From NCBI GenBank assembly GCA_900088475.1, contig FLMG01002524.1, positions 1 to 35,058 on the forward strand: a stretch of 35,058 nt of DNA, read 5' to 3'. Shown here piece after piece: positions 1-11,345 of this stretch (the stretch's first letter is position 1; every line of letters starts with the position of its first letter). Under the pieces are notes generated by a model. The model did no database searches and was not told where the DNA came from. It saw only the letters and a program-made list of their open reading frames with translations. The DNA comes from Hyphochytrium catenoides. Its lineage: Eukaryota > Protista > Hyphochytriomycota. The position numbers and the translations under genes are program-made.

Positions 1-1560
1 ATCCACCTCGAACCGGAACATTGTGAAGGCACTCTCACACTGGTAGATGAGCTGGATCAGTAGCCTCCGGAATATCTGGAGAGCAAGGAGGCCTCCAGCT
101 CCGCAGAGGCTAGCAAGAACAAGGTTTATCGCCATTCTGGAAGAGAGAAAGAGCGCAAGAGAGACCTCCCCCTCCTCCTCCTCCCGTACTTCTTGGTCTT
201 CCCCTCCAAGTAGCTCTATCTTCTCCGCTTTTGTCCTGTTATTTCTTGCGTTCTCCTCCCTCTCTGTCTTCCTCGGCTCTGTTCCCGCTTCTGCTGCTCC
301 CTTCATGCGCAGTGTTTGTTCCTGAGGGCTGACGACTTCTACTCTGCGGCCAGGTGCCGCGCCCTTCCTTCTCTTTGCTTTGTTAGCCTTGCTTTCCTGA
401 TAGACGCTCCAACTGAGAGAGAGGTAATATCCCAGGGTGCCAAGACAGGTAGACAGCGCGACGTTCTCAAGGAACACTGGTCCTTCTTCTGTTTGGACGG
501 CCACCATCCCGTTAATCGTCAGTTGCGTGACCTCAAACGCAATCTGCATGTAGAAGAGAGTGGCGTCGACGCGCCTTCTTTTGGTCTTGATTTCTCTGTC
601 CTTCTTCCCCACTCTTCCTGGGCTGGAGCTCGCTCTTCTCTTCTCTGTGCTGTTGTCTTCTACTATTTCATTCAAAGCAAGAACAGATGAAGGAGAAAGG
701 CTCCCAGAGATGAGAAGCTTCTTGATAACAGCAGAGAGGGAGAAGAAGACTAAAGGAAGAAAAAGCTTCGCCACGGTAGGGCGAGAAAGGAAGTCTCCCG
801 GGAGACGAAGAACGAGCATGACGACAAGTGACGGAAGTCCATTAGCCACTAGATCCTTGGCAGCTCTTCCTAGGCGGTCCCAGTAATAGGAAGAGAGAGA
901 GAGAGAGTGTTGAGGAGGAGTGCCGGAAGAAGGAACAGTCTTGATGCTGCCAGAGGAGAGGAAAGACGGGGAAGGGGCGAACACTGCAGGACTGACGTAG
1001 AGGTAAAGCATAAGGAAGAGATATAGCATTTCCCCAACGTAGATGTGACGATGTAAGAGGTAGACCTGAAGAGAGAGAGAGATCGAGTCACATAGAATCA
1101 CGCCTCCGACGACTCGAAGAAGGCCCTTGTCCTTTCTGGCTTCGTAGACGGAGGAGAGAGAGCTCTCCCTGTACACGAAGAGAGCCGCGAAGAAAGAAAG
1201 GCCAGAGCCCAGTGTTGAATCTATAAGATGGCAGCCAATAGAGCAGTCAAAGACCCAGCAGGAGCGACTTTCTCCACTGCATTTCTCCCGGCAGTAGAGC
1301 GCGTCTCTCTCTTGGGGGAGAAGAGAGATCAGGAGGTACCAAGTGCCTAAGATCACACTTGCCAGGACAAAGCCTAGAGAGATAAGCAAAAGAGAGTCCA
1401 GTACAAAGAGAAAGACTTGCGCCACTCTGTGCGTCTTTCCTCGTCCTTCAGGAGAGCCTCGAGAGAAAAATAGAGAGAAGGTTTCCTTCTGTTGTCTGTC
1501 AGCTACCAGTCCTTCCTTTCCTCCTGCCGGCATGACTTTCTTCTGGGCCTGTGGTTGCAT
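1..1560 (-). CDS. Orphan multi-pass membrane protein, paralog A (3' end runs off the left edge of the window; 520 codons visible)
   Basis: Manual translation from ATG 1560, with an in-frame TAG at 1564-1566 just upstream: MQPQAQKKVMPAGG...VFLFVLDSLLLISLGFVLASVILGTWYLLISLLPQERDALYCREKCSGESRSCWVFDC...GEMLYLF...ANGLPSLV...AKLFLP...RVDATLFYMQIAFEVTQLTINGMV...NVALSTCLGTLGY...LFLSSRMAINLVLASLCGAGGLLALQIFRRLLIQLIYQC...FRFEVD. It is collinear with the 12897-14702 protein. It is absent from the ORF track because no stop lies inside the window. Confidence 0.88.
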   Translation of the reverse strand, partial: MQPQAQKKVMPAGGKEGLVADRQQKETFSLFFSRGSPEGRGKTHRVAQVFLFVLDSLLLISLGFVLASVILGTWYLLISLLPQERDALYCREKCSGESRSCWVFDCSIGCHLIDSTLGSGLSFFAALFVYRESSLSSVYEARKDKGLLRVVGGVILCDSISLSLQVYLLHRHIYVGEMLYLFLMLYLYVSPAVFAPSPSFLSSGSIKTVPSSGTPPQHSLSLSSYYWDRLGRAAKDLVANGLPSLVVMLVLRLPGDFLSRPTVAKLFLPLVFFSLSAVIKKLLISGSLSPSSVLALNEIVEDNSTEKRRASSSPGRVGKKDREIKTKRRRVDATLFYMQIAFEVTQLTINGMVAVQTEEGPVFLENVALSTCLGTLGYYLSLSWSVYQESKANKAKRRKGAAPGRRVEVVSPQEQTLRMKGAAEAGTEPRKTEREENARNNRTKAEKIELLGGEDQEVREEEEGEVSLALFLSSRMAINLVLASLCGAGGLLALQIFRRLLIQLIYQCESAFTMFRFEVD

Positions 1561-2371
1561 AGTCTAGCTCCTGACTATCACGTTCTTGTTCTCTAATGAT
1601 CACATCAGCTCTCTTCGCATGTCCTCCTCGTAAGCAAGGCAGTAGCAGGCATCACCAGCAATGGTGTCTCTCCTCCGTTAGCCTGCTGGCGTAGCATAGC
1701 CAAACGATCTCTCATCATTTGCTTCTTGTCCAGTCCTGCCGTCCAAGAAGTTAAGAAGCGTTATCGCTCTGTGCCACGTCACGAACTAACGTGGATCAAC
1801 TTGCTCTCTTGTGCCCGAGGCTGTTCTCTCTTCTCTCTTCATACAGGGCCCGTCTTCTCTTCTCTTCTCTTTATTCTTCTCTCTTCTTATCCCGGCCTGG
1901 CCGGCTCTTCTCCTCCGTGGCAAAGCAACTGAGAGGAGGCTCGCCGTGAGTTTCCTTTGTATCAGCACTTTGTGCTGAAGTCGGTGCTTTGTCTCTCAGT
2001 GCAAAAGACGTTCGCTTAGCTCCCCAAGCTCTTCTCTCTCATAGGAGGATCGATTTCGTTCCTCTCTCCCTCCCCCGCCGATCCCACCGCGTGGTCTCTC
2101 TCCTTCTTTTCCTCTCTCTCTCTGTCTCTCTCTCTGTCTCTCTCTCTGTCTCTCTCTCTCCCTCCTCTGAGGCTCTCCTCTGCCGCTCCTCCTCCCCCTT
2201 ACTTTCTGCTGCTCAAGCTTTGTAACGGCTGATCCAGGAAGGATGGGTGGGAGCAGGGAATAAGTGAGGAGGGCTAGGTGTGCCATCTCTCTCTCTCTCT
2301 GTCTCTCTTGTTCTCCTCTCTCTCTCTCTTCTCTTTTTCTCTCCTCTCTCTCTTTCTCTCCTCTCTCTCTT

Positions 2372-2406
<35 letters not shown>

Positions 2407-3907
2407 NNNNNNNNNNNNNNNNNNNTCCTGAATGACCATAGTAGCATGGCCCGTCCCAGCCCTGGGGAGCCTCATCAAGAAGACGAAAGAGACTTTATAG
2501 GAAGTTCCAAGCGAAGAGAGCTTGCGCACGGGCGACAGACGATAGCCTTGATGATAGACCTGGCTTCTCAGCTGCAGCCCGGCCGTAAGATGCTTTGTGA
2601 TGATGATAGCAGAAGAGTCATTCAGCCAACAAGTCGGTGCGTTGCAGGACACGGACATTGAGAACTCAGAGAAGACGATCCAGTCTTTCTTCTGCGTAGA
2701 GTCCCGACTCCAGGCAAGTCGACAGCAGGGAGGAGGGTCTTTTGCCTCTTCTTCTCTCCACTTCTGCCACCTCCTCTGCTTCTTCTTCGTTCATCTCAAT
2801 GATCTTCTTCTTCCGCTTCTTGTGCTTCCCTTTGCTTTTCCCTTGCCCTCCTCCATCATCCCTGCTGCTGCGTTCAGCCTCCTCCGTCTTGTGCCCCGGC
2901 CGCGTCTGTGCCGCACCTCGTCCTTTTCCTGGTTCTTCCACCTTGTCCGCTTCTCCTTCGGTCCTCCTCCTACTGCCTGACCTCTTGGCCTGTGCCATGT
3001 ATCGCTGACAATATTCTCAGTCTCTCTCTGTCATTCCTTGTCTTCGCCCACCTCTTCCTTGTCTTCTTTCTTGCTGCTAATAGTGTCATACTCCTATTAC
3101 TTCTCGCCTCATCTATCTTGAACCTTGCTGGTCCTATACGTAGGAAGTGCTATACTTGTCAGTCAATAGACCAGCAGGTAGCGTCGAGAACAGAGAAAGC
3201 AGCGATGCATTATATGGTAAAGGCCAAATCAAAGTGCAGAAGAAGCGGGAACAACGACGTGGTGAAGGCTTTAGCCTTCTCTCCTTGAACCAGGATCTGA
3301 CCTTGGTCTTTCCTGAGCACAAGACATCATCGCCTTTGGCATCGAACGACGAGACCATCAGCTGCTGCCAAGGATAGTGAGGCCAAGGAAAGCACTACCT
3401 CACGTTATCTATTAAGTCGAGTGTGAGCGAGAGCTCGCGGCTAATACTTTCCAGTAGAGGCGCCGCCTCGCGAGCATTTGCTCCTAAAATTTATCGAACC
3501 ACCTACCTTTTCCCTTATCCTCTCTGCCGCTCTTTCCCCCCGACGAGCACGCGCTGGTCATGAACTTCTTTAGCTGCTTCGTCTTTCATAGCCTTTGACT
3601 CTTCTTCTGTCGTTGGCCTCTCTAACCGCACTTATCAACAGCTTTGAAGGAAAGGCATAAAGATGAGAACATGTCACATGATTGCAAGCGATTGTAAGCC
3701 TGTGCCGTAGTTAATGTTAAACGATTTAAATTATCTCTATAGCTTTATCAAAGGGCGGCATTGCATTGAAGAAATAGCAGTATAAGAGTTGCATCCACCA
3801 CGCTAAGAGCTTGTCCAGCTTCAGAACGCCACCGTTGGCAGCTCCATACTCCCGTGCTTTAAGCCGATTGACCCAGAGAGAAAGCACGAAAAGACAATGA
3901 TTCAGTT

Positions 3908-5495
3908 CTAAGCCGTGGCTGGCGCTGGTACCTTTGGTGTAGGTGCGGGGGCCTTTGGTGTAGGGGCTGGCGTAGGTGCAGGGGTCTTTGGTGTAGGAGC
4001 TGGCGTAGGTGCAGGGGTCTTTGGTGTAGGGGCTGGCGTAGGTGCAGGGGTCTTTGGTGTAGGGGCTGGCGTTGGTACCGCTGGAGGATTGGATGGAAGG
4101 ACACGTGCCCTTTGACCGTTGTAACGAACATCATGAGAGTTGTTCGGTGCGCAAGACGCATACTCATTGACCTCAAAAATGTTGCCTGCACATCTGTCAG
4201 TGAACTGATCACAGCACATGGATTGCGGGCATGCTTTGTTATTCGTCGGACCGCATGTTCTGTCCTTGGTGATTTCCAAGCCAGCCCAGTTCTTGGTAGG
4301 CCGTGGTGCGCATTTGACCTTATTGGTAGGGTCGAAACCCGCAAGCTTGGCTGCACGACACACGTTGATCAAGCCGTGACCGTAAGCATCGTCTCTCCNN
4401 NNNNNNNNNNNNNNNNNNNNNNNNNNNNNNNNNNNNNNNNNNNNNNNNNNNNNTGCGAGTGCCCCTGGTGGTAATGTAGGCCCTGTTAGGGGTGCTTGTA
4501 TACGTATCTTCTCCTGGTGCAGCGAGGTCAACCTGGGCATTGCGCTTTGAGTCATAGACAACCTCTGCAAAAGCATCTACGGATCCCACGGAGATGACAC
4601 TGTCATAGGAAGCAGGGTAGCTCACTTGAGCAGCGCTATAGTCGCCTGCGCCGGCGACAAGCAAGGCTCCTCCATTGTAGAGTTGACGGTATGCCTCTTC
4701 CTCAGCGGCGGAATAGTCGGGACCGAGCAAACCTAGATGAATGATCACTTTTGATGAACCAGCCTCTTCCTTGCACTTCTGAGCGGCCGCAATAAGGTCC
4801 GAGGGATAAGCCTGGCAATAGTTGTTGAAGATGTTGAATGAGCGGATCGCTACACCACGTGCTACGCCAATGCCACCACGGGAGGCTATAGTTCCAGCGT
4901 ACCGAGTCCCGTATGCACAGCTATCTACGAGATCTCTGTCGGCTCCACTGAGAGGGACGCCAGCCAGGCCCTGGTGCTGACGTTGGACGCCAGAGGAAAT
5001 CACACAGACTTTCAACGCACTGGCAGGAGCTCCGGCGGCATTGAACGGAGTCACGTCGGCACCAATCATCTTTACACCATAAGTGAACGACGAGACTTGT
5101 TGCAGTTCCCTGTGAACAGCCCGAAGGGTACGAGAACCTCTGGGAGAGAGAGTCTGAGGGACGGAAGTGGAGTTGCGGATAACATCTTTCTCTATTTTGG
5201 CAACATCAGGAAGAGAGGACAGAGCCGCGATGGCACTTTCAGAGGTGATCTGGACAGCTTTGGCCCCAATGATAGCGAGGTCATGCACCTTCTTGATATG
5301 TGAATGGTCGTTGATGAAGGAATCCAACTTGTCAAAGCTTGCCTTAGAAATGCCGAGCTTGTCAACTCCCGCAGAGTCTCTCACTGCTGGGTCTCTTTTC
5401 AAGTACACGATGTACCGCCCTGGGCTCTGACTATCAGACGCAGTCGCCGCGCAGGCGAAAAGTGCCATGAGGATAACACGTTTAAGAGTCAACAT
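3908..5495 (-). CDS. Secreted subtilisin-like (S8A) protein, predicted catalytically inactive: signal peptide, I9-like prodomain, S8 domain, Cys-rich hevein/CBM18-like module and Pro/Thr stalk
   Basis: ORFs 4320..5495 and 3908..4576 join across the N gap 4399-4453. Visible elements are the signal peptide MLTLKRVILMALFACAATA, the prodomain RYIVYLK, S8 motifs KVCVISSG, YGTRYAGTIA, GIGVARGV, LLVAGAGD, YPASYDSVISVGSVD, QVDLAAPG and TTRGTR, and after the gap RDDAYGHGLINV, CGPTNNKACPQSMCCDQFTDRC and (PAPTPKT/PAPT)n ending at TAG 3908-3910. No intron is visible. Confidence 0.9.
3911..4085 (-). repeat. Coding tandem repeat for the Pro/Thr-rich stalk (33-nt unit, [11 protein letters not shown])
   Basis: Plus strand shows repeated ggggtctttggtgtaggggctggcgtaggtgca units. 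Confidence 0.9.
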
Positions 5496-8400
5496 CTTGC
5501 TACGGTGGATCTTTCCTCCGGCTTATCTCTCTCTCCTTGGTTATGGAAAGGTCTTGGGTGCTCCTGTTATAGGTTAGGACTTGGGACTGCGTCTTCAGTC
5601 TTCGGAGGAAAGTTGGAAAGTGATGGGTAGAGAGCTCTATCTGTGGTCGCCAGGAGGATTACCTGGGAAACCTCGAATGGGGCAGATAGACGCGCACTAA
5701 CCTGGGCTTCAGAGGGGAATAGCTGTTCAAATGTCCAGCAACTTACCGCTTTACCGCTTCTGCTTATAGTCAGGAGAATGCATTCTAGCTCTTTTGGCCA
5801 TACTCGTCCCCGTTATATCCCTACAAGATATTTCTTCGGCGAAGCTACTGGCTCTGGCAACCGCCCCGCATATTGAGTTTACCTCGTGGTAGATGCTGCT
5901 CCTTCCTTGAGGATCAGAGAGGAAGCAGATCAGGAAGACAGCAGCCAGGCATTCCCTTCCTTCGACCAAGAGGCACGACGAGAGCGAGAAACAATCGATG
6001 TGTCAAGGATGGGGAGGCAACATCCCCTATACACGTGATTTGAAGTGTCAGATGGATTGCCATTTTGAGTGTCGTTTTTACCTTTGAAACAGAGCCAACG
6101 GGGCGACGGGCACTAGCGGTCTTTAGTACTCAGCCAACGGAACCGCAAGCGATCCACATCGATCCTTCATCGGAGGTAGTGGATATTTCATGGGAAGTAC
6201 GAGGGTAGTACACCCTACTATCTCAGCAATGAATAGCTGAGCAGCTCTCGTTCTACAGTGAGAGAGTGCGGTCCTGGCCGTGTCTGAGACGGAGAGCAAC
6301 CTTCGCAAGTCAGCGGGCTGATCCATCGACGACCCAACCAATTATCCCTGCGCTATGGAGGATGTGGCTCTACTTGTTACCGTTTCTGTGGACCTTATCA
6401 CTCCTGCGAAAACGTCTACAGCGTTTGGACACCGACAATGTACCATCAAGGGATACCTACCCATTCTTTCCTGCCGAGAACGTCTGGGATAATATTTAAA
6501 AACGATAATGCTCAGATCAAGAAGGGCCGTTGCCCAATTTACCTTCTGTATGAACGTGCACCAGCCCTGATCCTACTGAAGAGGTTCAGATAATAATAAG
6601 CTGCGGTGGGCGGGATCAGCTTTACACCTTTTGTGAGATTAGAGGCACATTAGTGTTAGAAGTTAGAACTATCACGACTTTTTTCCGGGCTGTTATTCTC
6701 ACGTTGATGCATCCGCGACCAGCGACTACTGCTAGCACTTGTCAGAGGTAGAAGGATGAAGGAGAAGGGGAAGAAGAAGAAGGAGGAAGAGAGAACAAGC
6801 GCTACCAAAGCCAAAAAGCCTTAGTCTCTTCATCGGCTCTAGACTATCCGCTCCACACTCATTTTTTAGAAGAAGGAAGAATCATAGTTGACTTCTTTGA
6901 TAACGAGAGGAGAAGAAGATGATGAACCGCCGACGGCGGTTGTAATTATTGAGGGGATGGAATAGAAGAATAGTTATTATCAGGAAGGACTACTGAGCCC
7001 TTCGGAGTATTCTAATGCGTTTGCGCTTACTCCTAGTGCTACGCTGGCCTCGTAAGGTATCAATACCACTTGGGCACGGAGCAATAAAAGAGCAAAAAAG
7101 TTCCTATATATGAAAAAAAAGAAATCAACAGTAGTTCTACTACCGTTTTACCGAGGGACACAAACAAGACGGGCTTATCCTTACTATTCTAAAGGTTTTA
7201 GGACATCCCCCATCTCAAGACCGCGCCTGCTGTTGGCGTTGTTGGACGGTCAGGAAGGCATCCTCGCCAATCATAGCATTAAGTCTGAGACCTAGACCAT
7301 GGGAAGGTGGACGGAGACACAACGGTAGTAGTAGAACTATAAGTAGGGCAAAGGAAGGGCATGGAACTAATAATAGCCCTCTGAATCTGTCTTGGGTCGC
7401 CCTATCCTTAAATGTCGACATATGCGGTGCTGTGGCCATCATGATTGGTAGCTCCGCCCAAGGCTCTTCTCCAACGATCCAACAACCATGTAGTTCCTAT
7501 TATTAGTTCATTCCAGCGAAGATCTCTTAGACTGCCATGTTCGTGTTCCTTTAGCACTGCTCTGTACAATTAACGCAATAAAGTGGATTGTTAGTAGGCA
7601 GTCCTGTTTTCGCTGTGTTGGGGTGGCTTTCATTAGAAATGATGGGCTGGAGGAAACAATGAAACCAAGAATTTCATAAGACGCACACGGAACACTAGAG
7701 TGACGTCCTTCTGGCTGGGGTTGGTTTATGTCATATTCCTATCCAAGGAGTTCACACGGCAACCACTATCGCCACGGCCGCCGTGCGGGTCGTTCTACCA
7801 AGGGCAATCTGATCAGGCCGGACAATCCTTTAGTTTGACAAAAAGCTTGCGCCTGCGCGGATGTTCTTCTCAACACCTGCAATGCTCCTTCGAGGCTTTC
7901 ATCAACTCTTTCCTCAGCCTGAGAAAGCCTCGTAGCAGACGGAGCCAGCAGCCACCAATCATACTGCCCGTGACCCTCATTAGAAACCAGACATTTTGCG
8001 TGCCATCCATCCAGAAGGGCTCGCGAATGGCTGGATTAGCTGTGGGAGAGGGCAGATGATAAAAGTGTTTCACTAACGCTTTTGACCCTGGGTGGTCGCT
8101 TCTTTGAGTGACGACACGAGCTCCAGTGTTGAAAGATCTGAGGTGAGCTGCACAGCCATGAAAATTTGAGGTGACTGGTTAGCGAGGTTTAGAATGACTG
8201 TGCCGTCTATTAGGGGTCCGGTACATTGTTTGATTATTGTCGTGACATAATCAACAAAAAAAAAGAGGACACCCAGAAGATCCACCACTGAGAAGTCGTC
8301 ATCGCGGGAGCTACAAGCTTGTAATAAGAGACGTGCCTTTGTTTGTCAATCTCCCTTCTGAGTAGTAGTAGCTCATCCATTCTGATGTCGTAACATGAAA

Positions 8401-8971
8401 ACAGTGACGGATGGTGCTGGTGATGTTTCCAATAAATACACAGCACAGAAAGAAGTTAGCGGGTTACTCCGCTGGAGGAACCTCTTCAAAAGGCAATAGA
8501 ACTATCTGAACGCATCGTGGTGGGGGCTTAGAAGAGATCGAGCCAACAGCTCTAGCAGTGGCCTAGCAAGACCTCTTGGCCGAGAGGGGTCGTTCTACTT
8601 CTACGAGTTCGCCGTCATCAGATAATCCATACAATATGCAGAGGATTTCCTTCCAAGGCCCTTGAGATTATTGCAAAGACTGTAGACTACCAGCCACAAT
8701 AGGAGCCGGATCTTTTTCCAACAAAAGGATCGCCACCACAGCCGGCAGCCCGTCCGTAGCAGCAGTGAAGGCTCGCAATTGGCTGGATTCGGTGTGGTTC
8801 GCAGATGCGGATCAGTTGGTCTTTGAGTTGACTGTTCATTACCGTCACAACTGTGTGGTCGCTCCTTGTTATTACTGGCGTCGTCGCGGCCTCAACCTTA
8901 CCGGATCGATACGGTCAAGGTTTGAACGCCCAAATTTGCGAGTGTGGATCTAGATGTAGCCCAGCAAGGTT

Positions 8972-9032
8972 TTGAACTTCTCTGTCTGACCAGTTGATCT
9001 TCTCTGTCTGTTCAGTTGAACTTCCCTGTGTG
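8972..9032. repeat. Degenerate 22-bp tandem repeat, about 2.8 copies
   Basis: ttgaacttctctgtctgaccag / ttgatcttctctgtctgttcag / ttgaacttccctgtgtg. Confidence 0.75.
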
Positions 9033-9993
9033 CCTTGGGACAAGGCGTCTGTATACCGTAAGAAACCTTATGCGAAGGAAGAAGGACCTACCAAGAGTCT
9101 TCCGGCACCACTGAAGATAAAATAGCCGAGAGAGCCTATCAACCATCACTGAAGAGAAAAATCCTCTGGCCACGGTTGGGCCGCGTTGTGTTTTCGTTTT
9201 TAATGAGCCTACGGAGCACAGCAAAGTGGTCATGGTGGTGAAGAGATGATGATGTCCGCGATGCGGAGATTAGGTTCTCTCCTGGCGCCTTGCTCGTTCG
9301 GTCCGCCTTAACCCTGGCTTGCGGAAGTGGCAACAGAAGTGGAGGCCCCATTGATCCGAGCTGCACTGCGAAGGGCCTCAGGATGATGTACCATCCGTTT
9401 GTTCCCGTCGCTGCTGCAGATGAACATGACTGTCTGTTTAGGTAGGTGAATAGTAGGTGATAGAGTGATCGATAGTCTGCTAGTCGGGAGAAGACGGAGT
9501 GAAAGGCTCTTCCTGTCGCTTAACTTGTGATTAGTTACCATATTCAATGGAGACGATGCATCATCCTTAGAGGTAGTACGGCCATTCTTCCGCATCATAG
9601 CGCCGTGTTTCCTCGGCAAGGAGAAGCACAAATACGGTAGATTAGAATCGTTGTTTCTCTCTCTATCTTCCTCCTCTCTCCTCTCCCTTTTCTCGTTTTT
9701 CTTTTCTCAATTTCCCTTGGCTTTCTCTTTTCTCTTTCTCTGGCTCTTTCTTTGCTTTCTCTCTCTTCTTGGCATATCAACGCATTCTTTGTTCTACCCT
9801 CTTTCGAGTCTTCATAGTGCTTAGTGATTCCACTGTCCGTTACTTCGTCATTCCGTCCTCCCTCTTCCTACTTCGAGAGGAGGCGGACGACCTTACTTTC
9901 TCTTCTTGACCGTGAACACGCAGTCCTAGATTATTTGTTCTCCTTTTGCTAATCCAACAGCCAGGCTCAAGCCCTCTTCAGCAAATATATGTA

Positions 9994-10067
9994 GGAACAG
10001 CAAGGTTCTTACCAAGCGTGCACGGAACAAGGTTCTTACTAACGAGAGGTTCCTACTAACGAGAAGG
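9994..10067. repeat. Short imperfect direct repeats (aggttcttactaacgag-like, 3 copies)
   Basis: caaggttcttacc ... caaggttcttactaacgag aggttcctactaacgag. Confidence 0.7.
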
Positions 10068-11024
10068 TGAAGTCATCGATTGTGGAGTGAGCAGTGAAGA
10101 ATAAATGAGTCTTTCCATTGTCCTAAGAATCCTACGCATTGATATCTACTTCCATAATAGAGGATTATGAGGTAGTGGGGGGACGAATGAGGTAGGAGAA
10201 GCAAGGAGATGACGAAGGAGAAGAGAGAAGATACACAAACGTGGTCATATCTGTCCATCTTCGACTGACCTACAATGCCTCTGAGGCACGTGTAAGTGCC
10301 TGCGTGGACATTCGATGAGGCTTGGTGGTATAGATTTTGTGAGACCTATGCTAGCTACCAGCCAATGCCTGTCAGCGTGCCCCATTGGTCATTGTACCCC
10401 AAGTGTGAGAGTCCCACATGCTCCGACAATATAAAAGTAGTACTACAGATGAAGATCACCTCTCCTACTACCACTACTACCACCAGCAACAGCAGCTCCT
10501 CTTCTGTTGGCACTTTGAGCTGTACGGCGAAGTGCTGCGAGATAATCAACCGATTGTTGTTCCTCCGGCGCTGCAGATGTTGGCATGACTGTTTCTAATA
10601 CACTTTGGTAAGACTTTCTTTAGGTAGTAGGTGGATAGCATGTGATAGAGTGCTGGAAACGGGGGATGGAGTAGGGAGTGAAGCCCCGTCGCTTAGCTCA
10701 TAGTTTATCATAGGACACTGCTGCTTCTGCCGTCATAGAAAGAAGGGAATCGATGCGATGCTCAATAACAAAGAGGAGGACAAGAAGATATTGTATGTGA
10801 TGACTGCTTGGTTGAGGTTGTGCGCCGACTCAAGCGTTGATCGATGATACAACCGCTTCGTCTCTGCCCTCTCCTTCCCACCAGTGGCTTCTACCTCGAT
10901 GCTTTGCTAACAGTCCGACTACACTTTGTTTCTAGCATGGTGCGGGCTGGAAGATCAGATGATTGGTACCGAACGAAAGAGAGAAGGGGGAGAATGGTGT
11001 GCTCGACTCAAAGAGTAAGAGGCT

Positions 11025-11345
11025 AAGGGGGAGAGGGAGAAGGGAAAGAAAGAGAGGTTGAGGGGAAAGAGAGGGAGAGAGAACGAGAGAGAGAGAGAAA
11101 AGAGAGAGAGGAAAGAGAGAGAGAGCGCTGCTAGGAGAGGAGAGCGTGGGCAAGAGAGAGAGAGAGTATAAGGTGACGAGGAGATGTTTTTGAAGGGGGG
11201 AGAGGGAGAGGGGAAAGAAAGAGAGGGTGAGGGGAAAGAGAGGGAGAGAGAACGAGAGAGAGAGAGAGAGAAAAGAGAGAGAGAGTGCTGCTAGGAGAGG
11301 AGAGCGTGGGCAAGAGAGACAGAGAGATAAGGTGACCAGGAGATG
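11025..11345. repeat. Tandem duplication of a ~160-bp purine-rich unit (11025-11186 and 11193-11345)
   Basis: Both copies share non-microsatellite anchors: tgaggggaaagagagggagagagaacgag, gctgctaggagaggagagcgtgggcaagagaga and taaggtgac.aggagatg. Confidence 0.85.

Noticed and set aside
47-1567. Plus-strand ORFs such as 47..325, 316..690, 560..886 and 1343..1567
   Set aside because: They are shadow frames antisense to membrane paralog A.
3915-4115. GAGV-repeat (silk or elastin-like) ORFs here and at 34767..35027
   Set aside because: They are antisense readings of the Pro/Thr stalk repeats.
4320-4453. Apparent frameshift and early stop in the subtilisin gene
   Set aside because: The frame change falls inside a 55-N gap that is shorter than the roughly 40 aa expected between the GTS-equivalent and the RDD.YG motif, so it is a gap-size artefact.
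6430-6505. DN...PAENVWDNI*KR resembling the Tc1/IS630 NPIENxW motif
   Set aside because: D-to-E spacing is far too short, SPDLN is absent and no terminal inverted repeats were found.
7408-7570. Kinase-like echoes on the minus strand (EHGSLRDL...TW..R.R.ALG; YMVVGSLEK in another frame)
   Set aside because: No VAVK, HRD, DFG or APE motifs in order. Two competing frames suggest chance resemblance.
9012-9030. GKFN as a LINE endonuclease GDFN motif
   Set aside because: It lies within a 22-bp tandem repeat, and no reverse transcriptase motifs follow.
8972-10067. Short direct repeats as a CRISPR-like array
   Set aside because: Only 2-3 degenerate adjacent copies, no unique regular spacers, no cas genes, and a eukaryotic context.
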